DNA from: Mantamonas sphyraenae STR306
Taxonomy: Eukaryota > Protista > CRuMs
DNA: 64,000 nucleotides
Assembly (NCBI GenBank): GCA_026936335.1
Contig: JAPMXV010000043.1
Coordinates: 310,001 to 374,000, forward strand
Reading direction: 5' to 3'
The position numbers and the translations under genes were made by a program. The notes beneath the pieces are model-generated. The model was not told the DNA's origin and made no database searches. It saw only the letters and a list, made by a program, of their open reading frames with translations. Numbering within the stretch: the first letter of the stretch is position 1; every line of letters starts with the position of its first letter. Shown here piece by piece: positions 24,608-35,124 of the stretch.

Positions 24608-27164
24608 TTACTCTTCATCCCTCTCGTCCCCTTCGACATCCACAGTGACGCCTCGCCTGATCTGTCCCCATCCAATGAGTCTGTGCAAGTCGAGTTGTTC
24701 CCCCGCCACGTCGGACTTGTGTGTGAGTCGCTGGGCATGCGTACCGTCATCCAACCTTGGCACACACTCCTCACGCTCACGTTCTCTCACATGCACCTTG
24801 CACACACATTGTGGGTATCTCAGTCAAGTGATTCTTGGGTGTAAAGTGTCTTTTTCCTCTTCAGGGCCGACGAAATCGCACGAGTGCGTCGCCAACTTCG
24901 TAAGAGTGGTGCAAGACAGTCATCATCATCGATACCCACCCATGCACAGGAACAGGTGCACACATGCAGACGTCCATACACACACACACACGGAAACAAC
25001 ACTGGGGCAGACACCCACGGGGAAATACTTACCGCCAATGCTTGTCCACACGTCGACTGAGAGCAATCTTCTCTCCCTCCTGGGTGCACACAGGCGATGT
25101 GAGCACAATCTTGGCCAGGTCGTTGCGTACGGCAAGGATACGGCCACCGGTGGAGGTGGAGCCGATGTTGACCATGAGGATCTCGCCCTTGACGAGCTTC
25201 TGCACCTTGCTCTGCTTCTCGCCGGTCGTCTTGACACCCAGCAGACGACGCAGGAGGAAGAAGCTGATTTCCAGCTCCGTGTAGATCTCGGGCAGGGAAC
25301 CGACAGCGCCGAGGACCTGGCCCACCAGACGATCGGCACGACACAGGGTGGGGTCGATCTTGGTGCCCACACCAATGAGGCCACCGGGGGCGGCGTACTG
25401 CAGTTCGTTCTGTTCGGCAAACAGAGTGACCACCTTGGAACGAATCGGGGCACACTGCATCTTGCCCTTGGAGTCCTTGGTCACAATGCCCGGACGCACC
25501 TCCACCTCGTCGCCCAGACGCAACACACCACGCAGAATGGAGCCGCCAGCCACACCACCCTTGAGGTCATCCACCTCACTGCCGGGCTTGTTCACGTCGA
25601 ACGAACGAATGACAATCAGTCTCGCCGGGGACATGTAGTCACGCACAGGCACAGGGATGGTCTTGACAATCATCTCACAGATGACATCGATGTTGTAGCG
25701 TTTGATGGCTGAAATCGGGATGATGGGTGCTCCGTCGGCCACCGTGCCCTTGACAAACTTGAGGATCTGCTGGTACTGCTCGTGGGCATTGGCCTCCTTC
25801 ACCAGATCCATCTTGTTCTGCAGGATGATGATGTGCTTCAGCTTCATGATCTCAATGGCGGCCAAATGCTCGCTTGTCTGCGGCTGCGGGCAGCTCTCGT
25901 TGCCTGCCACCAGCAGCAGCGCCGCATCCATCACCGCCGCTCCGTTCAGCATCGTGGCCATCAGGATATCGTGACCGGGACAGTCCACAAACGACACGTG
26001 TCGCTGCAGCTCCAGGCTGCCTCCACATCCGTCCACCTTGCACTGTGGCGTGTCCGGCGTTCGGCTCCCGTTGGACGAGTAGCACCCCGGTGCTGCGCAC
26101 GACTCGTTTGTGCATTTGTACACCTTGGCGTTGGCATAGCCCAGCTTGATTGTGATGTTGCGTTCCATTTCGTTCTTGAAGCTGTCCTCATCAATGTGTT
26201 TTTCTGTGTTAGCTGCGTGCTTGCGGGTGGGAGAGGGCGGGATTTTGCCTGGGCAGGGAGGGCTTGATCAGGTTCATGTGCAACTTACCGGACAGTCTGG
26301 ACACAGAGTCACACAGTGTCCGGTGTGACAGAGAGAGAGAGAGAGAGAGAGAGAGGGTGTGTGTGTGTGCGACCCATGTGTGCGTAGTGTGTGTGTGTGT
26401 GTGTGCGTTGTGCGTGGACGTTTGTTGTGTGTGTGTCAGCCAATTGTGTCGACTCGTGGCACGCTCGCTTCACACGCGTCCCTGCGCTGCACCAGGGTAT
26501 CCATACACCCTGAAGATTGACCCCAGGCATGGCCAGCAACCATCGACTCTGCCCCACAGGCACAGGTGGCACGTGTGTGTGCACAGGGCTGCATGGGCCT
26601 GGGTTTCCGAGAAATGTGGCCTGGCGCATGCGAGGTTGTGAAAATGCCCGTGAAAATGCCCGCAAAACAACCTACCTGCACGCCAGAGATGGCCTTGACC
26701 ACGGTTGACTTGCCGTGTGCCACATGTCCAATTGTGCCAATGTTGATGGTGGCCTGGCGAGACATCACCTCCATGGTCAGCGGGTGCAGGCTCTCCACGT
26801 CCAGCGTTTCCAGGTTCTGTTCCATGAGGCCGTCGTCCACGTTGCCGTTGTTGTTGTTGTTGTTGCTGCGTTCTGCGTCCCTTGACGATGTTTGCAGACG
26901 CTCCCCTGCGTCCTCTTGACCCTCGGCGTCAAAGTGCACGTGCTTGTTCGTGTGGTTCTCCTTCTTCAGGCTGCTCTTGCCAGGTTTCGCATGGTCCACC
27001 TGCTTGCCCGAGTTTGCTTCCTCTTCTTCCTCCTCCTCCTCCTCCAGCTCCTCCTCCTCTTCGTCCACCTCGTATTCGTAGTATGCGCTCGGAATGTTTA
27101 CTTCCTCGTCTGGCTGGTCCAGCAGGTCCAGCATGTCATCGTTTCCTCCCTTTTTGCCGCTCAT
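24608..27164 (-). CDS. EIF2S3: Translation initiation factor eIF2 gamma
   Basis: [48 protein letters not shown]. Exons 27164-26676, 26296-26289 (8 nt), 26181-25033, 24680-24608. Confidence 0.97.
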
Positions 27165-27300
27165 GATTGTCGCTTTGTTGGGTTTCAGGGAAGGGGTTTC
27201 GTTGCGTTTGCATTCGCACGATCGACTCCCACCACACCTCTCTCAACTCACACCACCCTCACTTTCCACTCTCACTCATCATCAGCACACCCTTCTTCAA

Positions 27301-29262
27301 TCAGTCCTCGTCGTCGTCATCCACCTCGATGTCAAAGAACTTGCCCAGGTACGACAGATCCTCCAGCTTCTCCAGCTCAATCTCCTCAATGGGATGCTTG
27401 CGTGACTTTTGCAACACCTCCAAGTGGCCACGTGACTCCTTGTCGTACACCAGCGTGATCGACGTTCCCTTGCGTCCGAAGCGTGCCGTGCGTCCGATGC
27501 GGTGCAGGTACATCTCCTCGTCCACCTCGTTCGTGCGCTTGTTGTTGCGATCGTAGGTCATCGGCATGTCAAAGTTGATCACCAGTGCCACCGACGGGAT
27601 GTCAAAGCCACGTGCAATCACGTTTGTGGAAATCAACACGTTGAACTTCTCCTCACGGAAGCGCTTGACCAAATCGTCGCGCTCCGCCGGGGGCAACCCG
27701 GCCGTTAACGCCTCGGTGGAGTAACCATCCTCATTGAGGGCAGCTGCCAACTCGGTGGCACTCCTGCGTGCCTCACAAAACACAATGCTCTGGGAGACCG
27801 AGGCGAGTGGAAACAGGTACTTGACCACATCCACACGAAGGTCGCCATCCTCGGTCCCACAATCAATGTAGTACTGCTTCAACTGCTCAATGTCCAGCTC
27901 CTTCTTGGCCACACTGATCACGTTGGGGTCGGCATCCTTCCGCTCCACATACTTGGTGGCATTCTTCCGCACCTTCTTGTTGAACGTGGCCGAAAACAGC
28001 GCAATCTGGGTGTCCTTGGGCACGTTCTTCTTCACGTTCACCACCTGCTTCCATGCATTGTACACCAGCGAGTCTGCCTCGTCCAGTACAAGCAGCTTCA
28101 GGTTCTTCAGTGGCACCAGGCTGCTCTTGGACGTCACCATCGTCGACACCGTGCCTGCACTGCCCACCACAACCTGCGCCGTCGTCGTCTCTGTCACTGT
28201 TGTGTGTTTCTGTGTCAGCAACCGTCCACACCCGACCCCACGTCCTCCAAACGCTTCCACGACGGAATCTGCGCTCCTTCCTCCCCTCTCCCCACACTTT
28301 CCTCCACACACCCGTTTCTTCACACACGCACTCTCTCTCCCCCACTTACATTCCACACCAGGAACCAGAGTGAGCACCTCCACCGGCGGGTCCATAAACT
28401 CTGCCAGCTTCTCCACCTCCTCCGCAATCTGGTTTGCCAGCTCGCGAGCGTTGGCCACAATCAGCACCTGCGGCTCCTTCTTGCTTGCGTCCAGGCGAGC
28501 AAGGGCACTCAGCACAAAGCAGCATGTCTTTCCCGTGCCTGCCTGTGCCTGTGCAATCAGGTTGCGTGCCCTGTGAGTGTGGTGTGTGTTGGGTCGGTGG
28601 TTGTGAGTGTCAGCAGCAGCCAATTTCCAGGTCCTTCCACCCCACACACGCGCGCGTGCCCACACCCGTTCCCCCAAAGCAACACAGGGTTCCTCCCTCC
28701 TCCCTCGCCCTCTCCCTCTCTCTCTTCCATCAACATACGGGTTGGCCAGCATCATGGGGATTCCCATGCTTTGAATCTTGGAGGGTCGCTGGTAGTTGTG
28801 TGCATACAGCGCCTTGACCAGCTGAGGGTTGAACTCATACTCCTCCTGCAGCTTCTCCCATGTGGTGGCTGCATACAGGGGCGAATCAGGGTTGCTGTGC
28901 TTCACCTCCAGGTCCGTCTCCAGCTCCTTCAACCTCGACTTTTGGATCATCTTGTTGAAGTTCTCGTTCACCGTCATGCGGCCGATCTTGTTGGCCACCT
29001 CCTTCACATCCTCTGCCTCACCCGACGACGCCGCCGACGACGACGAGGATGCAGAGGCACCAGAGGAAGACGAGGAAGCTGCTGCTGCTGCTGCTGCGGC
29101 TGTGGATTGTGCATCTGTGTTGACCACAGTGCCTCCCTGCACGCTGACCACGCTCCCTCCCTCTGCCTCTGCGGTCGCCTCCTTCACCAACGCTTCCGTC
29201 GTCGTCGATCCTGTCTCGCTTGCCGTCGAAGGCTCTTCCACTTGGTCTGCCCACGAACTCAT
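27301..29262 (-). CDS. DBP5: DEAD-box helicase Dbp5/DDX19 (mRNA export)
   Basis: PDSPLY, RPSKIQ, AQAQAGTGKT, DEAD, SAT, ARGFD, YLHRIGRTARFGRKG; N-terminal SWADQ; two in-frame introns at ~28.2-28.35 and ~28.57-28.74 kb. Confidence 0.9.
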   Translation of the reverse strand: MSSWADQVEEPSTASETGSTTTEALVKEATAEAEGGSVVSVQGGTVVNTDAQSTAAAAAAAASSSSSGASASSSSSAASSGEAEDVKEVANKIGRMTVNENFNKMIQKSRLKELETDLEVKHSNPDSPLYAATTWEKLQEEYEFNPQLVKALYAHNYQRPSKIQSMGIPMMLANPYVDGRERGRGRGRREEPCVALGERVWARARVWGGRTWKLAAADTHNHRPNTHHTHRARNLIAQAQAGTGKTCCFVLSALARLDASKKEPQVLIVANARELANQIAEEVEKLAEFMDPPVEVLTLVPGVECKWGRESACVKKRVCGGKCGERGGRSADSVVEAFGGRGVGCGRLLTQKHTTVTETTTAQVVVGSAGTVSTMVTSKSSLVPLKNLKLLVLDEADSLVYNAWKQVVNVKKNVPKDTQIALFSATFNKKVRKNATKYVERKDADPNVISVAKKELDIEQLKQYYIDCGTEDGDLRVDVVKYLFPLASVSQSIVFCEARRSATELAAALNEDGYSTEALTAGLPPAERDDLVKRFREEKFNVLISTNVIARGFDIPSVALVINFDMPMTYDRNNKRTNEVDEEMYLHRIGRTARFGRKGTSITLVYDKESRGHLEVLQKSRKHPIEEIELEKLEDLSYLGKFFDIEVDDDDED

Positions 29263-29354
29263 TGTTGGTGAGTGTGTGGTGTGCGTGTGTGTGCGCGTGT
29301 GTGGGGGGTGGCTGCCACTGCGCGCAGGTGCACACACACAGACACACACTCAAC

Positions 29355-30297
29355 ATGTCCACCTGGGATTCCCTCACCGCCGGTGCGGTCAAGGAGCAGG
29401 TCAAGACCAAGGAGGTGTATGTGAAGAAGGACACAGAGAGTGGCCTGGACTTTGGGGTCCTTGCCTTTCTGGCCAAGGCCCCGTCCAAGAAGTTTGTCGA
29501 CCAGCTCTTCCTCGACGCCGCCGCTTACAGCGATGGACAATTGCGTCGCAATGCTGTTCCCAACACACCCAAGTGGGCCTCCATTGCTGCCGAGGATAAG
29601 AACTTGGCTGTCGAGGTGCGTGTGGCCGTCAGCAGCCGTCCAAACGCTCCGTGCTGGAGAGGGCAATTCCCACCTCCAGCTCCACAGCACACACACTCAC
29701 ACCCACCCACCGTCCCTTCCCCGTCTCCCAACCCCCCACCCGTCCCCCCCTCGCGGCCTACCGGATCCACAGCTGCTGCATGTGATTCAGTTTCTGATCC
29801 ACGAGAGCGTGTATGCACAGTATGGAAGCAAGGAAGAGGTGCTGGCGGAGGTGTTTATCAAGAACAAGGTGGTCGACTCACCCAAGGATGTGTTTGCAGA
29901 CGACGACGACGACGACGACGACGATGAGGGCAAGAATGGATCATCGTCGTCGTCGAGCAATGGGGAAACGGTGCTCCCTGCACAATTGCTGGACTTGATG
30001 GCAGCCATCCTTGTGGGACACCTGGAGGAGTGGACACAGGCAGCGAGTGCAGGCACGCTGTCGCTGCCAAAGATGGTGGATCTCAATTGGCGCATCGATG
30101 TCATGAGTTCCTCATCAGACATTAGCAAGATGGCACAACCCACAGCCTTGGTTGAACTCCTCCTCCAGGGCAACGCAACACAACAGGGCAAGATGCCTTC
30201 CACAGACTCCGTTGTCCTTGAGATGAACAAGGAGACCCTCACAACCATGATCGATGGCCTCAGCAAGATTGCCAACCAACTCTCATCCATCTCATAG
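29355..30297 (+). CDS. COMMD9: COMM domain-containing protein 9
   Basis: SLPKMVDLNWRIDVMSSSSDISKMAQPT...EMNKETLTTMIDGLSKIANQLS matches the COMMD9 C-terminus; intron 29616-29772. Confidence 0.8.
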
Positions 30298-30372
30298 TCA
30301 CCCCTTCCCCTCCCCCCCCTTGCAGTCTCATTGAACGAATACACTCTCCAGGTGCACCCAATCAAAGGCCCA

Positions 30373-32019
30373 ATGTTCCGTCGATCCCAACCCCTCCTTT
30401 CCTCCCATCCCCTAGAAGCCATGTACAGCACGCAGACAGCTGCACGCATGCGACGTGTCCAGCAGATGGGAATGGTCGGCCACGAGGGTGCCCTTCGAGT
30501 GCGTCGTACCATGCGGAAGCTGCTGTGTCTGCCAGACAGTGCCGACACACTGGCACAGGGCATGAAGAGTCATTTGGCAAGGGGAAGACCCTGCCAGGCA
30601 GTGTCCATGTTCAAGGAGGCTTCTAGGGAGATGCAGATGCACGAGGAGGTGGCCTCCCTCATGCTCCAGGCTCTGGCACAGCAGGGCAAGGGAAAGGCAG
30701 CACTGGTGTTTCTGGAACAGCACCGAATGACCAAAGGGACTGTTTTGCATCGTCCCATGTTCGAATGGACCATGGAGGCACTGGTGCGAAGCAAGAAACA
30801 ACGGCGGGAGGACGTCGACCACACCATGCGTCTGCTCAAGGCCATGATGATGACAACAGAGGGGTCCATGTCATCCAATGACATCAAGACGGCTCCCACC
30901 ACTCACACATTTTCCCTGTGTCTGCGCATGGCAGCAAAGAATGGCCGCAGTGATCTCGCTCTCCTCCTTCTGGAGCTCATGGTCAAACGCACGGTGCCAC
31001 GCACCGAACACACCTTTGCCCTATTGCTCGACTGTGCTTCGTCATGGCATGAGGCACAACAGATGCTTCAACTGGCTCACAGGGATGCCATGCACACCAG
31101 ACCTGGTGTTCGTGCTGCTCTTCTTCGCGTCCTCCTGCGCGACACCTCCGTCTCCGATCGTCATCGGTGGGACGAAGTACATCGTACCATGGATGCTTAC
31201 CCCTCATATATGCCCAATACTGTTGTCGACGCCTGTCTGCAGGTTCTTGCCCATATGCCACCTCAACTCTGGGACAATCCGCTCCCGGCTGCCCGATCTG
31301 TGTTTGAACGTGCCCAGAACCAGGCCAGTCTCACCACCTTGCGTCTAATGCTGCATATCTGCAGGAAACACAACCATTGGCCAGCTGCCATGACTGTGGC
31401 CAATTCTACTGTGGATCACTCCGCAGACCCGTCCTACTCTGACCTTCCTGTGGCATACCGCGATCCACTGTGTCTCTTTCACCTTGTGGCTTTGGCTGCA
31501 GACAATCACGATCTGCCCAAGGCCATGGCCTTGTTGGCCAAACACACACCCATCGTCGTCCAACACAAACCGTCCATGCAGCTCCTCTTTGCCATGGCAT
31601 GCCATCATGACGACGATCAGCTCTTTCACACCTGCCTTGAGCACATCAACGTCTCTCGAGCCTACGCTGTCGCCGTCGATGCCGTCCTGTCCCTCCCATC
31701 TCCCCACCGCTTTCAATCTGCCCTTGTACAGGCTCTGGTGATGCACGACAAGCTTGACATGGCCCTCGAATTGCTCCTACGTACCCAATCGCCCTCCCAT
31801 CATCGCCGAGCGTTGCTCATGGGCTTGCTCCATGCGCCCGTGCGCACGTGGCTGCTCACCTCACGCGACAAGCATCAATGCGTCACCGACATGCTCTCGG
31901 TTGCCTCTCTCATCGCCCTGGACAACACGTCTCCTCCTCAGCATGCCCTTTTGGTCCAGGTCTGGCACCGTGGGCTGCGCATGCTACACAGGTGGAACCT
32001 GATGAACAAGGACACATAA
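30373..32019 (+). CDS. Pentatricopeptide-repeat (PPR) protein, probably mitochondrial
   Basis: PPR-like units (PTTHTFSLCLRMAAKNGRSDLALLLLELMVKRTVPRTEHTFALLLDC); Arg/Ser-rich N-terminus. Confidence 0.65.
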   Translation: MFRRSQPLLSSHPLEAMYSTQTAARMRRVQQMGMVGHEGALRVRRTMRKLLCLPDSADTLAQGMKSHLARGRPCQAVSMFKEASREMQMHEEVASLMLQALAQQGKGKAALVFLEQHRMTKGTVLHRPMFEWTMEALVRSKKQRREDVDHTMRLLKAMMMTTEGSMSSNDIKTAPTTHTFSLCLRMAAKNGRSDLALLLLELMVKRTVPRTEHTFALLLDCASSWHEAQQMLQLAHRDAMHTRPGVRAALLRVLLRDTSVSDRHRWDEVHRTMDAYPSYMPNTVVDACLQVLAHMPPQLWDNPLPAARSVFERAQNQASLTTLRLMLHICRKHNHWPAAMTVANSTVDHSADPSYSDLPVAYRDPLCLFHLVALAADNHDLPKAMALLAKHTPIVVQHKPSMQLLFAMACHHDDDQLFHTCLEHINVSRAYAVAVDAVLSLPSPHRFQSALVQALVMHDKLDMALELLLRTQSPSHHRRALLMGLLHAPVRTWLLTSRDKHQCVTDMLSVASLIALDNTSPPQHALLVQVWHRGLRMLHRWNLMNKDT

Positions 32020-32095
32020 ATTTTGATTCAGAACAAAATCAACCCAAACCCACAAACATCCCAATTTACACATGAATCAAAAATCATGCCATGCT

Positions 32096-34918
32096 TTACT
32101 CAGTCGACGATGACACCACACGCTCAAAGAATTCCTGCAGAACACTGAGCTCTGCACCCTCTCCACGGCTGCTGCTACTCCCCTGAAGCTCCTGCCATTC
32201 GCGCAGCACGTGCAGGCCTGCGCTAACCAGATCCACGCCTTCCCGAAGCACATCCTCCACGCGCTGTCGCTTGCTGAAGGAGTCGTCAGGCAGCGGCACA
32301 GCGCCCAAACCTTGCACCTCCTCCTCGGTATCCAGCGAACGCGCACGCTTCCGCACTTCTGCAGCCTCCTGCTCCACAAAGGCGCGGTCATCCCAATCGC
32401 CCTGCAGGGCAAAATCGCGCAGCTCTCGAGCGAGCGCTGCCTGCTGCTCGCTCAGCTCTAGCTGCGACCCAAGCACATTCTGACACTGCAGCAGAGCCTT
32501 TCGCCCCTCCAGGTTCACCATGTATGAGGTGTCACTCAGCAGCGCGTCAAACATGCGCTGCAACAACGGCCTCGCGTGCTCCATCGTCACATGCTGCCAG
32601 AACGACTGATCCAACCGTGCCAGGAACCGAGCCACGTGTATCTTGAGCTGGCTGGAGCGCAGCAGCGTGGCCACCCCAGCCAGTGCCTCACCCGCTCGGC
32701 TGGAGGACACAAACGTGCCAAGCTGGCCAAACAACTGCAACACAGCCCTCAGCCACTCGCGACGCACACACAGATGCATGCGCATGTTGGACACACTCAA
32801 CAGCCATACCACAACCTCGCACACGTCGTGCTTGGTGCGTGTGTCCATGCATTGATCCAGCACGCTTTCATGGCTTGCCAGAGCCCCCAGCAGACAAACG
32901 CTCCCCTCCACAGCCTCCACCTCGCTGTTGATCAGCGCACGTTCCTCACTGTCCGCCATAAGCTTCTGCACAGCTGCCAACTGGCCAGCAATCCACATCT
33001 GCTGCACCAGATCACGCATATCGCTGCTCCGCTGCACCGTGCGTCCCACGTCGCCCTGTCGCACTAGTACCGCCATCCTCGTCGCCGTCAGACGATTCAT
33101 GCTTCGCCATATTTGCACCTGCTGCCCACAGTCCTTCACCATGCGCACCAGCCGTCCCAGCACACGTAGGAACCCATCCACGTTGTCCTCCGGCAAATTG
33201 CTCGTCTCACCAAGCACCTCTCCAAGCACCGTGGCCATGTGCTTGCAGTGTGCACTCGACTTGCGAGCACTTGCCTCTGCACACACACACTCCTGAGCCA
33301 GTTGCGCCGTCAGCACGTGGTTGCTTGCCATAGCGTCCACCATCGCCGCTTGGATTCCTCCCGTGTACATCGACCGAGCATTCAGCGCAAGCTGGCACAC
33401 GCCGTCACACACTACCTCAAACAGAGGCTGCCGCAGCTCAGGGTTCTCCACCACACTCTGCATCGTCCGTCCTCGCGCGTCCACCCTTTGTACAAGTTCT
33501 GCGTAGCATTCGGGCGCCAAGGTGTGCAGCAATGCGTCCACAGAACCCACCAGCTCCTTCTGAATGATCGACGGAAGCCTGTCTGCCAACCGGTACAGGA
33601 AACACAACGCCAGAATACGCCCCAGCGTGCTTCCACCCTCGCTGCTGCTTGTGCTGCTGCTGGCCTCCACCATCGGCACATCACACAGCACTGTCAACAT
33701 TTGCTGCTTTTCTTGCATGCGAAACGTGTTGCTGTTCAGCTGACTCACCATGTGCTTCGCCAGGGCATCCAACACCCTTCCCACCTTGTTGTATCGCTTC
33801 TTTTCTCCGCGAGCACGCGAAACGTGGTTCACTTCAAGGAACCCGGCCAGAAACGATGCACTCTTGACTAGGGACTGACACGTCGCCTGCTCTTGCACAC
33901 AAGCGAGCATGCTGATGTTACACGCCAGTGCCGTGTTCAGCCGCGAACCCGTGTTCTCCAGCTGTTCCAGCTCCGCTTCACTCAACGCACCCTGCTTCCT
34001 CTGTAGGGCGCGCATCTCTTGCACGCAACCGTCCACAATTCTCTGGATGTCCTTAAAGGGCTTGACCCAGCTCTCTGGCTGGCTGGTCATTCCCTGTCGC
34101 ACCATGCCAAGGATCCGGGTGCACCGCGCAAGCAGCGCCGTCACTCGCTTGTGAACAGCTGACGCATCCATGGACTGGTAGTAGTCTGTACAAATGAACA
34201 GCAACAAACATGTCGCCACCTCCACCAGCTCTCCCTCCTCCATCTCGTTCTTGCTCGCGTGTTCGTTTGCCTTCATGCTTAGCACAACCGACGTGATGCC
34301 CAGCGGCAGAAACACCTGCTCGTGAAACTTGCTCACGTTGCGACGCACCTGAATCAGCTCCACTGCATGCAGTGCCATCGCGTGGCAGACCTTGGCGTGT
34401 CTGTACAGCTCCCGAGCGTCGCTGCACTTGTGCACGATATTCTGTGCTATCTTTACCATACGTGCACACAGACCCACCAATCGTTCGTTCTCCTCGGCTT
34501 CGGCCCCTTTCCCTTCGGTCTCTGTGTCCACCAGCTTTGCAAACAGCCGGGGCACTACGTCGTCGTAGCACGCCAAAAACGCGCTTGCATCCACCTCTCC
34601 CACCTCGACGAGCACCAGCGCACGCATGCACCATGCTTCTTCCCCACACACTTCCTGTGGCCACGAATCCTCTGAGCACGCCAAGTGGTTCTGTGTGTAT
34701 GTGTGTGTGTGCGTGTGTGTCCTCTCTCGTTGTGTAAGCCGAGGTTCCTGATCACCAACGCGGGATCTCGGGAACCTAGTTGTTCCCCGCCCGCCCACCC
34801 TCTTCGCCAGTCCTACCTTCAACCATTCCTTCCGCAGTTCCGTCTCCATCGTCACCCATTCCTCACTCTCTCTCATGCACGACACAAGCTGGTCGTACGA
34901 CTTTGCCTCGTCGAGCAT
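32096..34918 (-). CDS. FIRRM/C1orf112 (DUF4487)-like helical protein
   Basis: ~900-aa HEAT-like ORF; segments LFEVVCDGVCQL..MVDAMASNHVLTAQLAQECVC and HVARFLARL..LQRMFDALLSDTSYMV resemble FIRRM; one intron ~34693-34816. Confidence 0.5.
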   Translation of the reverse strand: MLDEAKSYDQLVSCMRESEEWVTMETELRKEWLKVGLAKRVGGRGTTRFPRSRVGDQEPRLTQRERTHTHTHTYTQNHLACSEDSWPQEVCGEEAWCMRALVLVEVGEVDASAFLACYDDVVPRLFAKLVDTETEGKGAEAEENERLVGLCARMVKIAQNIVHKCSDARELYRHAKVCHAMALHAVELIQVRRNVSKFHEQVFLPLGITSVVLSMKANEHASKNEMEEGELVEVATCLLLFICTDYYQSMDASAVHKRVTALLARCTRILGMVRQGMTSQPESWVKPFKDIQRIVDGCVQEMRALQRKQGALSEAELEQLENTGSRLNTALACNISMLACVQEQATCQSLVKSASFLAGFLEVNHVSRARGEKKRYNKVGRVLDALAKHMVSQLNSNTFRMQEKQQMLTVLCDVPMVEASSSTSSSEGGSTLGRILALCFLYRLADRLPSIIQKELVGSVDALLHTLAPECYAELVQRVDARGRTMQSVVENPELRQPLFEVVCDGVCQLALNARSMYTGGIQAAMVDAMASNHVLTAQLAQECVCAEASARKSSAHCKHMATVLGEVLGETSNLPEDNVDGFLRVLGRLVRMVKDCGQQVQIWRSMNRLTATRMAVLVRQGDVGRTVQRSSDMRDLVQQMWIAGQLAAVQKLMADSEERALINSEVEAVEGSVCLLGALASHESVLDQCMDTRTKHDVCEVVVWLLSVSNMRMHLCVRREWLRAVLQLFGQLGTFVSSSRAGEALAGVATLLRSSQLKIHVARFLARLDQSFWQHVTMEHARPLLQRMFDALLSDTSYMVNLEGRKALLQCQNVLGSQLELSEQQAALARELRDFALQGDWDDRAFVEQEAAEVRKRARSLDTEEEVQGLGAVPLPDDSFSKRQRVEDVLREGVDLVSAGLHVLREWQELQGSSSSRGEGAELSVLQEFFERVVSSSTE

Positions 34919-35124
34919 GGGCTTCCTCCTTGGAAAATCGTTGGGCGCGCATGTGCCAGCTGCCCTCTGCCAGCTGCCCTCACCATCAACATCTCAGCGC
35001 CCCGGATACGCGATGTCAACCCAACTTCTCACGCGGCATGTGCCCTTGCCTCCATGTCCAAACAAATCTTGAGGGATCGACCTGGCCGCCCTCGTCGATC
35101 TATCATCATTCCCCCTTTTCATCG

